64,000 bases of DNA. It comes from a bacterium. Its GTDB lineage: Bacteria > SAR324 > NAC60-12. The stretch lies in the NCBI GenBank assembly GCA_965205865.1, contig CBDBHR010000023.1, positions 1 to 64,000 on the forward strand. Reading direction: 5' to 3'. Shown one piece after another: positions 49,575-60,077 of the stretch; the stretch's first letter is position 1; every line of letters begins with the position of its first letter. Both the position numbers and the translations under genes were made by a program. The notes under the pieces were generated by a model. That model was not told where the DNA came from. It did not search any database and worked only from the letters and a program-made list of their open reading frames with translations.

Positions 49575-50192
49575 ATGAAAAAACCTGACAAATACGAAGT
49601 CGAAGATCCTGATTTTGATCAGGAACACCATATTCTAAAAAATAAATTGGGGATTGTTGATCCTCTTGAGTTGGAACGTGTAGAAGTTAGAGCTTTAGTA
49701 AAGGCTACCCAACAAGCGGTCCGGCATTATGAGGTAGATCATTGCTTTTCCAGCAAAGATGTGCGAGATCTACACAAACTTTTCCTGGAGGAGATTTTTG
49801 AATGGGCTGGACAATACAGGAGGGTTGATATTTCCTCACCCCAAATTCGATGGTGCCATGCGCCTCACATTCCAACCGAGATGGAACGGTATTCTCAATT
49901 GCTCAATCATTTCACACCTTTTAGTCCAGTTTCATCAAGAGAAGAAATCTATAGCAAGCTTGCCCAGATCCATGGGGAACTGATTGTGATTCATCCTTTT
50001 CGGGATGGAAATGGACGAGTGACCCGGTTATTGTGTGATCTTCTCTTGGGACAAGCCCAATTAGAAATGAAGGATCCCAGCAGGTTTTATGAGCAACACA
50101 TTCGAGAGGAATACCATCAAGCGATTCAAGAAGTATGGAGCCGTGGGAAAAATCACAAACTCATTACGCTTTATTCTCGGCTAATTCGCTAG
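49575..50192 (+). CDS. Fic-domain AMPylase toxin
   Basis: Canonical HPFRDGNGRVTR motif; NKLGI..LE N-terminus. Confidence 0.92.
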   Translation: MKKPDKYEVEDPDFDQEHHILKNKLGIVDPLELERVEVRALVKATQQAVRHYEVDHCFSSKDVRDLHKLFLEEIFEWAGQYRRVDISSPQIRWCHAPHIPTEMERYSQLLNHFTPFSPVSSREEIYSKLAQIHGELIVIHPFRDGNGRVTRLLCDLLLGQAQLEMKDPSRFYEQHIREEYHQAIQEVWSRGKNHKLITLYSRLIR

Positions 50193-50355
50193 AGGTAGGA
50201 GAAGCATGGCGTTGCATTTGCTGAAGTTCCTCTTCCAAAGGTTTCACGGCTTCTTCCATTCCTTCCAGTAAGGAAGAAGCAATTGCACGTTCTAAGCTCC
50301 ATATTTTCAGTTCTCTTTCGTCTTTCAAACGAGGGTGAGCTTCATAAATTTTCAT
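50164..50355 (-). CDS. Putative VbhA-like Fic antitoxin (convergent)
   Basis: 63 aa with ASSLLEG, matching the (S/T)xxxE(G/N) inhibitory motif. Confidence 0.55.
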   Translation of the reverse strand: MKIYEAHPRLKDERELKIWSLERAIASSLLEGMEEAVKPLEEELQQMQRHASPTSSELAENKA

Positions 50356-50507
50356 GGGGGAATCTCTCTAAAATAAATTTTATCATATGCTGATTATACC
50401 AAATCTATAAGATTGAGCAACCAATTCTTCCCAAACCTCTTGAGGCACTGTCATCTTCTCAAACAGTTTTGATAACAAATCAAGAATCCCTCCAATGGCA
50501 GATTCAT

Positions 50508-50598
50508 TCGGTCTCGGTTGAGGAGAGTGACACCAATTAACCCTTGGTTGCCACTATGAAGCGACTCGAAAAACAGTACCATCTAAAACCCTCATAAA
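50508..50598 (+). repeat. Degenerate duplicate of the activator 2 3' end
   Basis: Matches 49216-49405 with an internal deletion of ~100 bp. Confidence 0.85.
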
Positions 50599-50605
50599 TC
50601 AAATC

Positions 50606-50721
50606 GGGCATTTCTGCCCAGTAATCAGGCATTTCTGCCAGAATCTCGAATTAGTGTTTAATATCAATACATTACTGCTGAAAATCCATCATTTTTTGCG
50701 TTTAAGTGTGGCAAAATTGCC
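50606..50721. promoter_or_regulatory. Three candidate upstream activator sites for activator 2
   Basis: GGCA-N4-TGCC at 50607, 50628 and 50710. Confidence 0.65.
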
Positions 50722-50808
50722 CCATTTTACCAAAAAATCACCTCAAAACTGGCAGCCCTCTTTCCCATAAGTCGCCTCAGCCCCCACCAATCCTGCGTTT
50801 CGAGCGGA

Positions 50809-50824
50809 TGGCATGACTTTTGAA
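50809..50824 (+). promoter_or_regulatory. sigma54 -24/-12 promoter
   Basis: TGGCATGACTTTTGAA (GG-N10-GA variant). Confidence 0.6.
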
Positions 50825-50836
50825 GTATAGGTCGTC

Positions 50837-51202
50837 ATGGAGATGTTAATTGTGGGTGCGAACTGTTTGGAGCAAGAGTACCTGAACGACCTGACCCGGG
50901 ATCCCGAACATCGTGTGGTGATGGTCGATTCGGGGGAAGAGGCTTTGCAGCAGGTGCGATTAGAAGCCTACGATTTGATTTTTTTGGATCTTTCCCTTCC
51001 CGATATATCAGGAGCCGATCTGATTACAAAAATCAAAGAAGAACTGCAGGAAGTGAAGATCATTGTGACGACAGAGTCGAACTCGAAAGAATTGGAGATT
51101 CAGGTGAGGAAGAAGGGTATCCTCTTTTATTTGATTAAACCCATTGTCCCCCATTATTTGAGAAGCATTATTGACCATTTAATCACCGTTGGGGCGAAAT
51201 AG
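50837..51202 (+). CDS. Single-domain response regulator (receiver)
   Basis: YDLIFLDLSLPDISG and YLIKP; the N-terminal acidic pair is absent. Confidence 0.8.
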   Translation: MEMLIVGANCLEQEYLNDLTRDPEHRVVMVDSGEEALQQVRLEAYDLIFLDLSLPDISGADLITKIKEELQEVKIIVTTESNSKELEIQVRKKGILFYLIKPIVPHYLRSIIDHLITVGAK

Positions 51203-51444
51203 CGATTAGCCGTCAGCTATCCGCTATCAGCTTTTGGATCTTATTGATATTATAGATCTTTTTTATTACTGAAAACCCGATGAAAGGAGGAAATGCCTAT
51301 GGAATAAAACCCGTTTTGAAACAGCTGATGGGCGCGTGAGAGCGTCATTTTGTCATTTATTTTTTTAAGGAGAATCTTATGAAATCGAAAATCGCTATTC
51401 TGTTAATGCCATTTATTCATTCATTTTTTTTTAAGGAGAATCTT

Positions 51445-53229
51445 ATGAAATCGAAAATCGCTATGTTTAATCTAAACAGCAAATCAACCTTCAGTACAAC
51501 CATGCTGGCCCTCATCCTGGGAGGAGCAGGCTTCTTGGGCAGCCCGGCCTGGGCAGCCGAAATAATTGGTTTTTCGTCGGAGGCGGCAAAGAACGCCGGG
51601 CCGCAATACGGTGGGACGATTACATTCCTGGATGGATATGGAGCGGCTCAGGCGCCTACATCCTGGCACAAAGGACCAGGCAGTTTTTGGAATGCTGGTA
51701 TTTGGCATGAACCGATGTATGAGACCCTTTTGGCTAATGACATTGTGCTTAAGGGGCCACGCGGCACAGGGGAATCTGGATTTTATCACTCTGCAGGTGA
51801 AATTATGGAAGTGATGACAGGTCGATTGGCTGAAAGATGGTCGTTACCCGATCCGAAAACACTTATATACCATCTACGTCGGGGAGTCATGTGGTCGGGT
51901 AAGCCGGGAGTCATGGAATCAAGGGAACTGACAGCGGAGGATATCGTTTATAGCTTTGAATTGGGTTGGACGCGCTATCCGGATTGGTCAACTACTAAAG
52001 ACGTGGAGTCGATAACAGCTAAGGATAGGTACACGGTTATAATAAAGAGTAAACAAATCCCTAAAGAATTTGAAACTTACTTTGGAGCCGGGCATTGGCT
52101 TGGGAACACCATCGTACCTCGTGAGCTGACGGACGAGGCTATGAAAGACTGGAAGACTCATGTGGGGCTGGGGACAGGCCCGTTTCATCTCCAGGACGTC
52201 GTGGAAGGCAGCTATGTATCTTACGTAAGGAATCCCAATTACTGGGACAGTTACGTATTCAATGACAAGAAATACGAGATCCCGTTTATCGACCGCTTGG
52301 TAAAAACTCTAATAAAGGATAAATCCTCCCAGGTCGCTGCGTTACGAACAGGGAAGATTGACGTGTTCGATGCACTCGAAAAAAAGTTCACCGACTCGCT
52401 AAAAAGATCAGCTCCCGAAATAAAGATGATAGAGAGAGTGGCGGAGAGAGCCTGGAGAATGGGCATGAGGCTGGATGTGAAGCCCTTTGACGATCTCAGG
52501 GTGCGCAAAGCAATAAGCATGGCTATAGATCGAGAAGCCTTTATCAATACCATTCAGGGAGGTCGTGGAGAGATGTTAAACGCTGAGATCCATGTAGGAC
52601 ATTCAGAGGATTATTATACTCCTCTGGAGAAGCTACCGCAATCAACTCGGGAAAATTTTGAGTATAACCCTGATCGTGCGAGGCAACTATTAGCCGAGGC
52701 AGGCTACCCGAACGGTTTCGAGACTACCATACAAGCATATTCACGGGAGCCTGAGCGAGATGTGGTGTCTTTTCTGGCAGCTATGTGGAAGGATGTCGGA
52801 ATCGACGTTAAAATTGATCTGCGGGAAGCGGCTACTTTGGATGGATTGCTATCTAAAAATGAGCATGCGCCGCTTACTTTTGCTGCTAACTCAGTTTTTA
52901 TGGCGGGAGCTACTTTGCACAGTTATGCAGTTGATGAGGCTAATACTTATCACGTCGCGGTGGTTGATGACCCTGAAATAAACGAGGTTTATGAAAAGTG
53001 GGCAAACACATTTGACAACGTTGAAGCGGCAAAGATCATAAAGGGTTTGAACGAGTTGTGGCTGTCGAAAGCTTATGTAGCCTATTTACCAAGTCCATAT
53101 GTAACCGTGGCTTACTGGCCATGGGTAGAGAACTACTCCGGCGAAGTCAATGATGCTTCTACTTTTTCTGTAGGCGGGATTTTCGCTCGTACCTGGATCA
53201 ACAGCGATTTAAAGGCAAAAATACAGTAA
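51445..53229 (+). CDS. Family-5 ABC substrate-binding protein
   Basis: Signal peptide (AWA), LRRGVMW, GTGPF and AEAGYPNGF motifs; alternative duplicated start at 51379. Confidence 0.9.
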   Translation: MKSKIAMFNLNSKSTFSTTMLALILGGAGFLGSPAWAAEIIGFSSEAAKNAGPQYGGTITFLDGYGAAQAPTSWHKGPGSFWNAGIWHEPMYETLLANDIVLKGPRGTGESGFYHSAGEIMEVMTGRLAERWSLPDPKTLIYHLRRGVMWSGKPGVMESRELTAEDIVYSFELGWTRYPDWSTTKDVESITAKDRYTVIIKSKQIPKEFETYFGAGHWLGNTIVPRELTDEAMKDWKTHVGLGTGPFHLQDVVEGSYVSYVRNPNYWDSYVFNDKKYEIPFIDRLVKTLIKDKSSQVAALRTGKIDVFDALEKKFTDSLKRSAPEIKMIERVAERAWRMGMRLDVKPFDDLRVRKAISMAIDREAFINTIQGGRGEMLNAEIHVGHSEDYYTPLEKLPQSTRENFEYNPDRARQLLAEAGYPNGFETTIQAYSREPERDVVSFLAAMWKDVGIDVKIDLREAATLDGLLSKNEHAPLTFAANSVFMAGATLHSYAVDEANTYHVAVVDDPEINEVYEKWANTFDNVEAAKIIKGLNELWLSKAYVAYLPSPYVTVAYWPWVENYSGEVNDASTFSVGGIFARTWINSDLKAKIQ

Positions 53230-53299
53230 TGAGCCCATCGGGGAATGGAGCGATCTCATTCCCCGATTATGATAGGGTAGAGAAACAAGGGGATACAAA

Positions 53300-54280
53300 A
53301 TGCAAGCCTACATAATCAGGAGAGTCCTCCTGATTATACCCACTATATTCGTAGTGAGTCTCATCGTGTTCTTTGCCATTCGCTTAATTCCCGGCGATGT
53401 CGTGTCCCAGATGGCATCTGGGCTTGGAAAAATGACAGAAATGACCAAAGAGGAAGTAAGAAAACGCCTGGGACTGGATGCGCCGATCCCTGTCCAATAC
53501 GGACGCTGGTTAGGAGTGATTCGGGACCAACATGGCTCTTTTTCCGGACTTTTTCAAGGCAGCCTTGGATTATCCCTATGGAGCCAGCTCCCGGTGACTG
53601 GGATAGTCCTCAAGCGATTACCATTAACCTTTGAGCTTGCTCTCTTTACTTTGACAATAGCCATCCTGATAGCCCTCCCTATCGGGATCTATTCCGCGAT
53701 ACGGCAGAACACCATGGGCGACTACACCGCGCGCAGCTTTTCTATGTTCGCTATCGCGATGCCCGACTTCTGGCTGGGGACGCTGGTAATCGTCTTCCCC
53801 TCGCTTTGGTGGGGGTGGTCTCCGCCGATAGAGTATACCAGTTTCACTAAGGACCCGCTTAAAAACCTGGGGCAGTTCATCGTGCCCTCTCTTGTTTTGG
53901 GCATGCTGATGTCGGGGTTAGTCATGAGGATGACGCGAACCATGATGCTGGAGATCCTCAGGCAAGATTACATCAGGACAGGTTGGTCAAAGGGACTCAA
54001 GGAGAAGGTGGTCATCCTCCGGCATGCGCTTCCCAACGCCCTCATTCCGGTGATCACCGTCATCGGATTTATGTTACCGTGGGTGATTGGGGGGACCATT
54101 ATCATAGAGAGGATATTCGGCTTGCCCGGCCTGGGTCATTTATTGGTACAGGCCATTAATGATAGAGACTATACCGTAATCTCCGGAATAACGATATTTG
54201 CCGCTATCATTTTAATGCTGGCCAATCTAGTGATTGACTTGACCTACGCCCTTCTGGACCCCAGGATTCGGTATAGATAA
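53300..54280 (+). CDS. ABC permease (DppB-like)
   Basis: RLIPGD, SKGL, RHALPN and DPRI motifs. Confidence 0.92.
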   Translation: MQAYIIRRVLLIIPTIFVVSLIVFFAIRLIPGDVVSQMASGLGKMTEMTKEEVRKRLGLDAPIPVQYGRWLGVIRDQHGSFSGLFQGSLGLSLWSQLPVTGIVLKRLPLTFELALFTLTIAILIALPIGIYSAIRQNTMGDYTARSFSMFAIAMPDFWLGTLVIVFPSLWWGWSPPIEYTSFTKDPLKNLGQFIVPSLVLGMLMSGLVMRMTRTMMLEILRQDYIRTGWSKGLKEKVVILRHALPNALIPVITVIGFMLPWVIGGTIIIERIFGLPGLGHLLVQAINDRDYTVISGITIFAAIILMLANLVIDLTYALLDPRIRYR

Positions 54281-54291
54281 AAGGAGCGATC

Positions 54292-55222
54292 TTGAATGAT
54301 ACCCTGGAATTCTCACCCGAAATCAGGGAGCCCAAGCGACGTGCCAGGCTGGTGGTGTTCTTGACCAGGCTGGCCAAGGAGCAACCCCTGGGTCTTATTG
54401 GGGGGATTATCGTGCTGCTCTTTCTTTTTACTGGTATTTTTGCCGATTGGCTAGCTCTTTACGGAGTGAACGACATTCACCCGAGAGATTACCTGCATCC
54501 CCCCTCATTTAAGTATTTCCTCGGGGCGGACAACCTGGGGCGGGACATTTATAGCCGTATTGTCTTTGGGGCTCGTATCTCGATGATTGTCGGTTTAGGG
54601 GCGACTGCTCTGGCGATACTGATTGCCTTATTGCGGGGTCCCTTCCGGGTTTTTCGGCGGTAAGTTCGATATGGTGGCGCAGCGGTTTGTGGATGGCTGG
54701 ATTTGCTTTCCCCCGTTCATCATTTTCTTATTTGCGGTCTCTATCGTGGGGCCAGGGATGTGGCAGCTGGTTATCGCGATGGGGTTGGTACAAGGTATCG
54801 GCGTTTCAAGGATCATGAGAAGCGCCGTTATCGCCATTCGAGAGAATATGTATGTAGAAGCGGCGGCGGCGATTGGCAGTCCGACTACGAAAATCATAAC
54901 CCGACATATCCTGCCCAATATTATGCCGACCATCATCATCCTGTTTTCGGCAACTGTGCCGGCTATGATTTTAGGGGAAGCCGCCCTCAGCTTCCTGGGT
55001 TTGGGCATCCCCCCGCCAGATCCTACCTGGGGAGGAATGCTCAGTGGCTCCGGACGCTCTTACATGTTCCTATCTCCTTTGATGTCCATCTGGCCTGGTC
55101 TTGCTCTGATGATTGTCGTCTACGGCCTCAATATTTTCGGCGACGCCCTCAGGGATTTGCTCGACCCCCGGTTGCGGGGTGCTGCAGGGCGCTATGGCGG
55201 GTCTCGCCAAAAGAGAGCTTAA
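54292..55222 (+). pseudogene. ABC permease (DppC-like), frameshifted at ~54633
   Basis: 2 nt missing relative to paralog 8873-9817 (TTATTG-at-CGG). Confidence 0.85.
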
Positions 55223-55284
55223 TGATTTTCAGAGCAAGATTATTGGCTGTCTTAAGTACTTAAATAAAGAAAAATAAGAAAGGA

Positions 55285-56346
55285 ATGATTATGCTTACCA
55301 AAAAACGGTCAGAATGGCGCACTTGGGAGGATTGGAAAAAAATCGCCTCTCAGCAGATCGAAGTACGTGGCCTCACAAAAAATCTGGAAGAGATTGAAGC
55401 ACAGGGATTCACCGTGATCTCCCCTGAGCAAATGGGCGACCCTCGCCTGTTTGAGCAAACCAAAGAAGCGCTCTTACGGGTTGGAGAAGAAATCACCGGG
55501 GTGCGGCCCAATGAGGAGACCGGGGAACATGGTTTCACCGACTGCACGGGTACCACCCCAACCCAAAATTTTTACCACGGGATTCTGGAAAAGGATCCGA
55601 TTTTTGAGGAAATCATCCAGCATCCCCTGACTCTGCCCTTGATCGATTACTACCTGGGTCCCGGTTGCCTGCTTTCCGGGTTCAGCGGGATTGTCAAATG
55701 GCAGGGCCCGGAGGGCTATGGGGACGCAATTTACTTGAATTACGGGGGCTTACATGCCGATACCAACATGTATCCTTTTGAACCGTTGCCCGATCCCCCC
55801 ATGAGGTTCAATACAAACTGGTTGCTGAGTGATTATACCAAAGACAACGGGGCACTGTCGGTCGTCCCGGGATCCCATAAACTCCGCCGCCACCCCAAGC
55901 CGGGGGAGGGGGGGGATCAGGCCATCGCTGTCGAAGCACCCGCGGGTTCGGTCATTTTTTTCCACGGGGCCCTCTGGCACGGAGCCTTCCCTCGGATCAA
56001 TCCAGTTTTACGATTGTGCGTCTTCTCTGCCTACGATGCCTTCTACTGCCGCACGATGGAGCATTACCACAACCGGATTTCGGAAGAAAGTCTGGCTCGC
56101 AATGGGGAGCGGTTCCGTCAACTGCTCAACATTGATGATATCTATGGCCATGAGGATCATCAGGGCCCCATTCCCCGGCGGGAGCGAGCCTCCGGAAAAA
56201 CGTATAGCCAAATCATGAATCAGATCGTCACCCACCATGGGAAAAAGTATCGCGTTGAGAATGACGACCGCATCGTCAATTGGGGGGCAATGCGCTACAT
56301 CCCCATCGATGACGAAGAAAATGAGGAATCTCTCGCTCAATCCTAG
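55285..56346 (+). CDS. PhyH-family Fe(II)/2-oxoglutarate dioxygenase
   Basis: LHAD, NGAL.VVPGSHK and LWHGA motifs. Confidence 0.88.
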   Translation: MIMLTKKRSEWRTWEDWKKIASQQIEVRGLTKNLEEIEAQGFTVISPEQMGDPRLFEQTKEALLRVGEEITGVRPNEETGEHGFTDCTGTTPTQNFYHGILEKDPIFEEIIQHPLTLPLIDYYLGPGCLLSGFSGIVKWQGPEGYGDAIYLNYGGLHADTNMYPFEPLPDPPMRFNTNWLLSDYTKDNGALSVVPGSHKLRRHPKPGEGGDQAIAVEAPAGSVIFFHGALWHGAFPRINPVLRLCVFSAYDAFYCRTMEHYHNRISEESLARNGERFRQLLNIDDIYGHEDHQGPIPRRERASGKTYSQIMNQIVTHHGKKYRVENDDRIVNWGAMRYIPIDDEENEESLAQS

Positions 56347-56394
56347 GAATTGATGAGAACTTTAGAGGAGTTTCTGTGATATGGAGGTAGTAAC

Positions 56395-57193
56395 ATGAGT
56401 GACATGTTTGATCTTACCGGAAAGGTGGCCATCGTTACCGGCGGTAACGGCGGTATCGGGCGCGCCATTGCCGTGGGGTTGGCACAGCACGGGGCGGATA
56501 TCGTCGTGGCGGCGCGCAATGAACAGAAGACGGCCGTCGTCGTCAAAGAAATCGAAGCCCTGGGTCGCCGCTGCATCGGGGTGCGCTGCGACGTCCTTGA
56601 GCAGGACGACATCCTCAACACCGTTGATAGGGCGGTCCGCGAACTGGGTGGCCTCAACATCCTGGTCAATAATGCCGGTATCGCTCCCGGCGGTGAACCG
56701 ACCCCAGACCGTGGCCCTGGAGACCTGGCATCGGGTCATCGATACCAACCTGACCTCGGTGCTCCTGTTCTCTCAGGCGGCTCACCCGATGCTGGTGAAA
56801 GCCGGTGGGGGCAAAATCATCAATATTGGGTCGGGCTATTCCCTGATAGCCGCTGCAGGTGGTGCGCCTTATTCGGCGAGCAAGGCCGGTATGTTGAGCC
56901 TGACGCAGGCGATGGCCCTGGACTGGGGAGCCGATAACATTCAGGTCAACCTGTTGGCGCCCAGTTTGACCCATACGGACATGCCCGCCCGTTTCCTTGA
57001 AAACAAAGAGCGCACCGCCTACATCATCGACGAGACCCCGGCCGGTCGGATAGGCGAGCCGGAGGACCTGGCGGGGGCGGCTGTGTTTCTTGCCTCCCCG
57101 GCCTCTGACTTCGTTTCGGGAACGTTCATCAACGTTGACGGGGGTCTGAAGGCCGGCGACAAGGCGCTGCATCACATGAGCCAGGAGCTCTGA
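56395..57193 (+). pseudogene. SDR (KduD/gluconate 5-dehydrogenase-like), frameshifted at ~56695
   Basis: TGGNGGIG and NNAG in one frame, YSASK and VDGG in another. Confidence 0.85.
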
Positions 57194-57276
57194 GTGGTCA
57201 AAACCAGACCAACCGGCTGAGGAATGACTTCAGAGGGTGAGGTAACGCAGAAATAACCGGGCCGATTCCAGTTTAA

Positions 57277-57331
57277 ATGGAGGGTTTCAGGCGAGGTCTC
57301 GCCTAAAGAGAGCTTTATGATTTTTGGAGAG
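57277..57331 (+). repeat. Diverged duplicate of the dppC 3' end
   Basis: About 48/55 identity to the reverse complement of ~8859-8913; similar to 55194-55234. Confidence 0.8.
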
Positions 57332-57763
57332 AAGAGCTTTAATTATTTTAATTTGCAGGTAGTAATTGACTCTGCCTGTACCTGGTGTTCAGGGCCCACC
57401 ACAAAACTCCTACTGCTTTAAAAAAAATCAGCAAGTCTCAGGCACTGTTTTTCAGCTGATTCATGCCCAGATTCACAAAAAATATTTTTTAAATCTTAAT
57501 AATATTAAATATTTAAAAATTAAATGAAAAAAGTTTATATCTTTTACTTGACAAAAATGGAGGGGGCTATTATCCACGATATATATATTACTATATATAA
57601 TATATATTATAAATGCAACTGCTCCAATCCAGGAGTAGTGGAGTCGTTCGGTTGGTTAATGGCCCAGTTCCGGGTGAGTGAATCAGCCTTAACTAGACCG
57701 ATTCAGCATTTTACTTCCTGAGCGGCTGAGTCTGAAGTTATGCACATCGAAATCGAGAGGAAT

Positions 57764-58078
57764 ATGGCTGTACTTTATTACGCTGAAATAAAACTTAAAA
57801 AAGATAAGAAGGATGAATTTCTGGGTTTATTGAAGTCTCCAAAAGGATTTGCTATCGCAAAATCAAAACCTGGGTTTATTTCTCTGGAAAGTGGAGTTTC
57901 CACAGATGATTCTGGTCAAAGTACTGTCTACTTATGGGTGAAATGGGAGAAAAAGGAAGATTATGAAAATTACACGAAAGATCCTAACCGAGATCCTGAA
58001 AGTGAGTACATGCAGAAAACGGCAGGTATGATAGACGGGCCTCCAAAAAAGGTGGTTTGGCTTGAAATTATTGAGTAA
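57764..58078 (+). CDS. ABM/dimeric alpha-beta barrel protein
   Basis: KPGFIS...WE..EDY..Y pattern; AT-rich codon usage. Confidence 0.6.
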   Translation: MAVLYYAEIKLKKDKKDEFLGLLKSPKGFAIAKSKPGFISLESGVSTDDSGQSTVYLWVKWEKKEDYENYTKDPNRDPESEYMQKTAGMIDGPPKKVVWLEIIE

Positions 58079-58090
58079 GCGGTAAAGAGT

Positions 58091-58981
58091 ATGAGTATTC
58101 AGATTGGCGCGTTTTTTCCGACCAATGACATGCCGGCCGACCGAGTCGCGATCCGCGATTGGGCCCAGGCGGCAGAGGCGATCGGCTTCGATTTTGTTGT
58201 GGTCTCGGACCACGTCCTCGGGGCTGACTGGTCAGCGCTACCCGACTTTGATGAGTCTTTTGTTAAAGCAAATGGTAGTTACGATGTGGACGACTCGTTC
58301 CATGAAATCTTTGTGACCATGGCTTACATTGCGGCGGTGACCGAGCGGGTCGGCCTCGCCAGCGGGGTGTTGATTCTGCCGCAACGGCAAACCGCCCTGG
58401 TTGCCAAACAAGCGGCCCAGCTCGATGTCGTCTCCGGCGGCCGGTTGCGCCTGGGAATTGGGGTGGGGTGGAACCCCGTCGAATATGAGGCGCTGGGTCA
58501 GGACTGGCGCGTGCGGGGGCGTCGCCAGGCGGAGCAGATCGAACTGATGAACCAGCTCTGGACCAACCGCACGGTCACGTTTGATGGCGAGTTCGATCGG
58601 GTGCACCACGCGGGGATCAAGCCACTACCGATTCAACAGCCGATTCCGATTTGGTTTGGCGGTGAAGTGGAGCCGGTGTTGAGACGCGCTGCGAAATACG
58701 GCCAGGGGTGGATTCCAAGGTTTCGGCCGGACGAGCAGATGGAAGGTCCCCTGGAACGCCTACATACCTATCTACAGGCCGAGGGGCGGGAGCCAAGCAC
58801 ATTTGGTCTCGAGGGCTTGGTGATCAGTGGCATCGGTGGACCGGACAAATGGCAGACGGAGGCCGAGCGCTGGGTGGCTCTTGGGGCCACTCATGTAACG
58901 TTTTACACCTCGGGGCAAGGCATTGGCGCGGTAGAGCAACAAATTGAGGCCATGAACCAATTCTACGATGCCGTACGATGA
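58091..58981 (+). CDS. LLM-class (F420/FMN-dependent) oxidoreductase
   Basis: GFD...SDHVLG, SGGRLRLGIGVGWN..EY and PIWFGG motifs. Confidence 0.9.
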   Translation: MSIQIGAFFPTNDMPADRVAIRDWAQAAEAIGFDFVVVSDHVLGADWSALPDFDESFVKANGSYDVDDSFHEIFVTMAYIAAVTERVGLASGVLILPQRQTALVAKQAAQLDVVSGGRLRLGIGVGWNPVEYEALGQDWRVRGRRQAEQIELMNQLWTNRTVTFDGEFDRVHHAGIKPLPIQQPIPIWFGGEVEPVLRRAAKYGQGWIPRFRPDEQMEGPLERLHTYLQAEGREPSTFGLEGLVISGIGGPDKWQTEAERWVALGATHVTFYTSGQGIGAVEQQIEAMNQFYDAVR

Positions 58982-59006
58982 GAACCGAGTTTATCCAGGA
59001 GGAAAA

Positions 59007-59942
59007 ATGAACCTACCCACTTGGACCCGCGACGCCGGGACAATGAAACGAGATATCGACGAGCATGGATATTGTCTCGTCAAGGAAGCACTGACACCGG
59101 AACAGCTTGCCGAAGCTCGCGAGCGCCTCAGCGAGCAGGCCGAGGCCGAGCGCAAGGCCGGCGTCGCCTTCTTCACTAACGGCCGGATCCCTGGTGACCT
59201 GGGAACATTTCCGGAACCCGAGTATGGTAACAGCCAGAAAGTGAACTTTCTCGCAAACAAGGGCCGCATCTTTCGCGAGATGGCTTCGCTGCCGGACATT
59301 CTGGACATTGTGCACCATGTGCTCGGCGAGGAAATCCGTATCCAAAATCTCTTGGCCACCATCATTCGCAGTGGCGGCCAGGCGCAGACGCTGCACCAGG
59401 ACCAATGGTTCGTCCCATCGGCCGGCCGCTATGACGAGCCGATGCGGGCCGGATCGATCACACGCGCGAATCCTGGCCAGCCCGAGACACCGGGAGCGAC
59501 ACTGATGCCGTGCATCGTGTGCAACGTCATGTGGATGCTGGACGACTTCACCAGCCAAAACGGTGCAACCTGGATCGTGCCCGGCAGCCACAAGCTCGGA
59601 CGCCGACCGAACAAGGACGACCTTAAGGACCAGATGCAGGTGACAGGCCCGGCCGGCAACTGCTTCATCTTCGACGGCCGGCTCATTCATGGAGCCGGAG
59701 CCTACCTCTCTCAGGATCCGACTGGCGAGCGGAAGGCCCTCACCTTCGCTTACCAACCGCCCATGTTCAGGCCCTTCGAGAACTATCCGATGGCGTTGCT
59801 TCCTGAGGTGTATGAGGAAGCGTCCCAAGAGCTTCTCGATCTCCTGGGCTTCAAAGTCTGGTTTGGCGTGGGCCATCTGGGCGACCGCAATGCGAAGCGC
59901 ATCTCACTCAACACACCGATCATCGGGGAGCTGAAGCCGTGA
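59007..59942 (+). CDS. PhyH-family dioxygenase
   Basis: LHQDQ, NGAT.IVPGSH and LIHGAG motifs; GGAGG RBS. Confidence 0.88.
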   Translation: MNLPTWTRDAGTMKRDIDEHGYCLVKEALTPEQLAEARERLSEQAEAERKAGVAFFTNGRIPGDLGTFPEPEYGNSQKVNFLANKGRIFREMASLPDILDIVHHVLGEEIRIQNLLATIIRSGGQAQTLHQDQWFVPSAGRYDEPMRAGSITRANPGQPETPGATLMPCIVCNVMWMLDDFTSQNGATWIVPGSHKLGRRPNKDDLKDQMQVTGPAGNCFIFDGRLIHGAGAYLSQDPTGERKALTFAYQPPMFRPFENYPMALLPEVYEEASQELLDLLGFKVWFGVGHLGDRNAKRISLNTPIIGELKP

Positions 59943-59970
59943 GCGAGGCTTCGTAATTGGGAGACAGCCA

Positions 59971-60030
59971 AGGAAAGTGGGATTCATAGGCCTCGGCGCC
60001 ATGGGCATGCCTATGGCCATCAATATTACA
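59971..60030 (+). pseudogene. Beta-hydroxyacid dehydrogenase (GarR/MmsB-type) N-terminal stub
   Basis: RKVGFIGLGAMGMPMAINI. Confidence 0.7.
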
Positions 60031-60077
60031 ATCTGCCCTCTTTTTTTAGGGGGTGCGTGAATGAAGAAAGGGACACT

